Origin: Caldisphaera sp.
GTDB taxonomy: Archaea > Thermoproteota > Thermoprotei_A > Sulfolobales > Acidilobaceae
Direction: 5' to 3'
Length of the DNA stretch: 64,000 nt
Assembly: GCA_049971805.1 (NCBI GenBank)
Contig: JBMFKU010000006.1
Span: forward strand, 1-64,000
Positions 61,928 to 64,000 of this stretch are shown piece by piece. Under the pieces are notes generated by a model that was not told the origin of the DNA, made no database searches, and saw nothing but the letters and a program-made list of their open reading frames with translations. The position numbers and the translations under genes are program-made. The stretch's first letter is position 1. The number at the start of each line of letters is the position of its first letter.

Positions 61928-64000
61928 TTATCTTCTTCTAATTAATAAAACTGCTGCAACTATAACAATGATGACTACAACTACTGCAACTACTATTGTG
62001 ACTGTTGATGATGATGGCGGTGGGGTGGTTGTTGATGTTGATGGTGGCGTTGATGTTGTAGAGGTTGTGGTTGTTATCGAAGGAACTACTAACAGAGTAT
62101 AAACTGTGGGATCCATCATTATATTTTGATACGTATATGTAAATATTCTTAAATAATATTTACCGTTTAAGCCTGTTGGTAGGGTAAATGAAAACTGTCC
62201 ATTGGAATTTGTTGTAACGTTATAAACCCTTACAACTTCTCCATTACTATTAACAAGTTGAGCATAAACTATAACATTTGGTGCAGGAGTTGTTACTTTA
62301 GATCCATCAGGAGTTTGCAATACTTGACCTGTTAATGTTTGCCCTGCTCCAACTATTGATGGAACTTGGAAGTTTAATGTATATAGCATTGGAATCTGGA
62401 ATACTACACTAGGTAATGATAAATTGAAGTTTGGATTCCTAACTACAACTGCTCCTCCTGAAGTAACGCTATAGCTAGTTAATATAAACGGACCATCACT
62501 CACAAAAGCATTCCCATATTTATTGATAAAGTTAATTAAATTCTTATATCCTTGAACTGCTTCTGTTTCATTTACTAAATTGAAACCGCTTAATTTTTGA
62601 ACCTCCATTAGATCTTGAGGTATGTAACCTGTTGATGAATAATTATTCAAAGCCTGCATCATATATCCTACGTCTTTTGGACTAACTATGCTTAACCAAT
62701 CTATACCTTTTGCAGTTGCAGTAGGTTTATCCCATGCAGCTAATCCATGTGATACGACCCAATTCATTGCAGAATATTCTTGCCACGGGAAGAACTCTGC
62801 AGGGCTATAACCTCCTAAGGGTAAGAAGTTACCTAATAAAGTTTCAGCTGCATATAATGGATCAAAGAACTTTACATCACCCCATATCTGTATAGTTGTA
62901 GAATTTATTATTTTGAATCCTATTACTGATGGATACATAGCAAATGAATAAAAGCTCTCTACGGCAGGATCGCTTATTGAGCTGTTTGGAGATAGCATTT
63001 TTTGAGCCTCGAGATATATGTTTATTATATCAGCTAAAGTTATGCTTTGGTTGTCTGCAAATTTATCATTATTCATTAGCGGAGCAAAGTTAGCTATTAT
63101 ACTTAGTTCTGCCGTTGTATTTGGTTCAACGTACTGAACTTGTAACGTGCTAGTATTAAACGTTATGGCATTAGTGGGAACAGGTATATTTGATACATTT
63201 GACTCATTTACAACCTTTAGTATTACTCCTGTTGGTACCGAATACCCGTTTGGACCCGCTTCGCTTAATGGATAAATCAATGAATATGCTAAACCAACAG
63301 AATAGGCATCTGTAAATCCAAGACCTGGATTCATTGATCCTTGAGATAAATATCTAACGCCTATTGTTGTAATTCCAGTAGGAGTAGACATAGTCATATA
63401 ATTTGGAGTGTTTAATATGTTACCATAGTAAACTGATGGTAAAACGCCTTGCAATATAGAGCTTCCATAAATAGGTATTTGTGATTCTGCCACAAATACT
63501 CTAATTGAATCATTTATACCTAAAGATACTAGCTGGCTTAATAAATTATAATATTGTTTAGATGTATTAAATTGAGTGAAATACAATTGTAATGATATTG
63601 CATCTAATTTAGACATTGTATTAAACAAATCTGGAGTTTCGTACATACTATCATTATATGCTCCAAAAGTTAAACTTATGTTACTTGTAGCAGGAACTAC
63701 TCCGAATAATGGTGCCAGAAATTCTATAGGCAATCCATAATCATAATAGCTATATCCTCCTGACCAAGATTCTATAGCTATATTCCAGGTAGAATTGTGC
63801 GGATCAGATCCATATATTACAGTATTTTGTTTTTGTAAGTTACCGCTAACTTCCTGTATAGTAAAGCCTAATTGCTGTAATTGTGACTCTAAAAACTTTG
63901 CATATTCTTGTCTAACTATTGTATCTGTTCTAACAAAGAAATAAATTGTTATTGGTTTTCCGTTATAATACCATTTACCGTTTATGTATTGAGCCCCGTG
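61928..64000 (-). CDS. dppA: Family 5 ABC solute-binding protein (DppA/OppA; 5' end beyond the window)
   Basis: The frame stays open upstream of 63733 to the edge (HGAQYINGKWYYNGKPITIYFFVRTD...). C-terminal Ig-like domain, Thr/Ser/Pro linker, TM and RRR. Confidence 0.88.
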   Translation of the reverse strand, partial: HGAQYINGKWYYNGKPITIYFFVRTDTIVRQEYAKFLESQLQQLGFTIQEVSGNLQKQNTVIYGSDPHNSTWNIAIESWSGGYSYYDYGLPIEFLAPLFGVVPATSNISLTFGAYNDSMYETPDLFNTMSKLDAISLQLYFTQFNTSKQYYNLLSQLVSLGINDSIRVFVAESQIPIYGSSILQGVLPSVYYGNILNTPNYMTMSTPTGITTIGVRYLSQGSMNPGLGFTDAYSVGLAYSLIYPLSEAGPNGYSVPTGVILKVVNESNVSNIPVPTNAITFNTSTLQVQYVEPNTTAELSIIANFAPLMNNDKFADNQSITLADIINIYLEAQKMLSPNSSISDPAVESFYSFAMYPSVIGFKIINSTTIQIWGDVKFFDPLYAAETLLGNFLPLGGYSPAEFFPWQEYSAMNWVVSHGLAAWDKPTATAKGIDWLSIVSPKDVGYMMQALNNYSSTGYIPQDLMEVQKLSGFNLVNETEAVQGYKNLINFINKYGNAFVSDGPFILTSYSVTSGGAVVVRNPNFNLSLPSVVFQIPMLYTLNFQVPSIVGAGQTLTGQVLQTPDGSKVTTPAPNVIVYAQLVNSNGEVVRVYNVTTNSNGQFSFTLPTGLNGKYYLRIFTYTYQNIMMDPTVYTLLVVPSITTTTSTTSTPPSTSTTTPPPSSSTVTIVVAVVVVIIVIVAAVLLIRRR

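Noticed and set aside
62000-62080. GTT/GAT-rich low-complexity repeat
   Set aside because: Encodes the ordinary Thr/Ser/Pro linker of the solute-binding protein.
1-64000. CRISPR array or cas genes; the remaining short antisense ORFs in the track
   Set aside because: No regularly spaced repeats or cas motifs were seen. The short ORFs nested opposite recognised genes are shadows.

Overview
A 64 kb, very AT-rich (about 30% GC by eye) archaeal chromosomal segment. The gene set, GGTGA-type ribosome-binding sites and stand-alone 5S rRNA point to a thermoacidophilic crenarchaeon (Acidilobales/Caldisphaera-like; inference). The first ~1.9 kb is the right end of an integrated mobile element: a RepB/AEP-type primase-like ORF running off the window, two small regulators, and an att site formed by the 3' half of tRNA-Ser(GCT). 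This is followed by a VapBC pair, an archaeal AAA ATPase and a decayed IS200/IS605 tnpB. The rest is mostly housekeeping and metabolism: thrC, UDG, lplAB, 5S rRNA, a Fe/B12-type ABC transporter, pyrFEBIC, ino1, Lsm, thiolase/DUF35, fba, ubiX, endA, proC, a GPN GTPase, LUD/CCG oxidoreductase, peptidases, sat/cysC, queC and a dpp/opp ABC transporter. The most notable signals are: (i) scattered protein-less TnpB-element ends, including a ~200-nt omegaRNA-like structured unit with its own BRE/TATA (56010-56210) and a ~150-bp two-ended MITE (54062-54213); (ii) a sat-cysC locus interleaved with two RHH proteins carrying a sulfatase-type 'E..RLxxLGY' tail; (iii) a GC-rich hairpin RNA upstream of the GPN GTPase. 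All family calls come from motif recognition, not database searches. No CRISPR array was seen.
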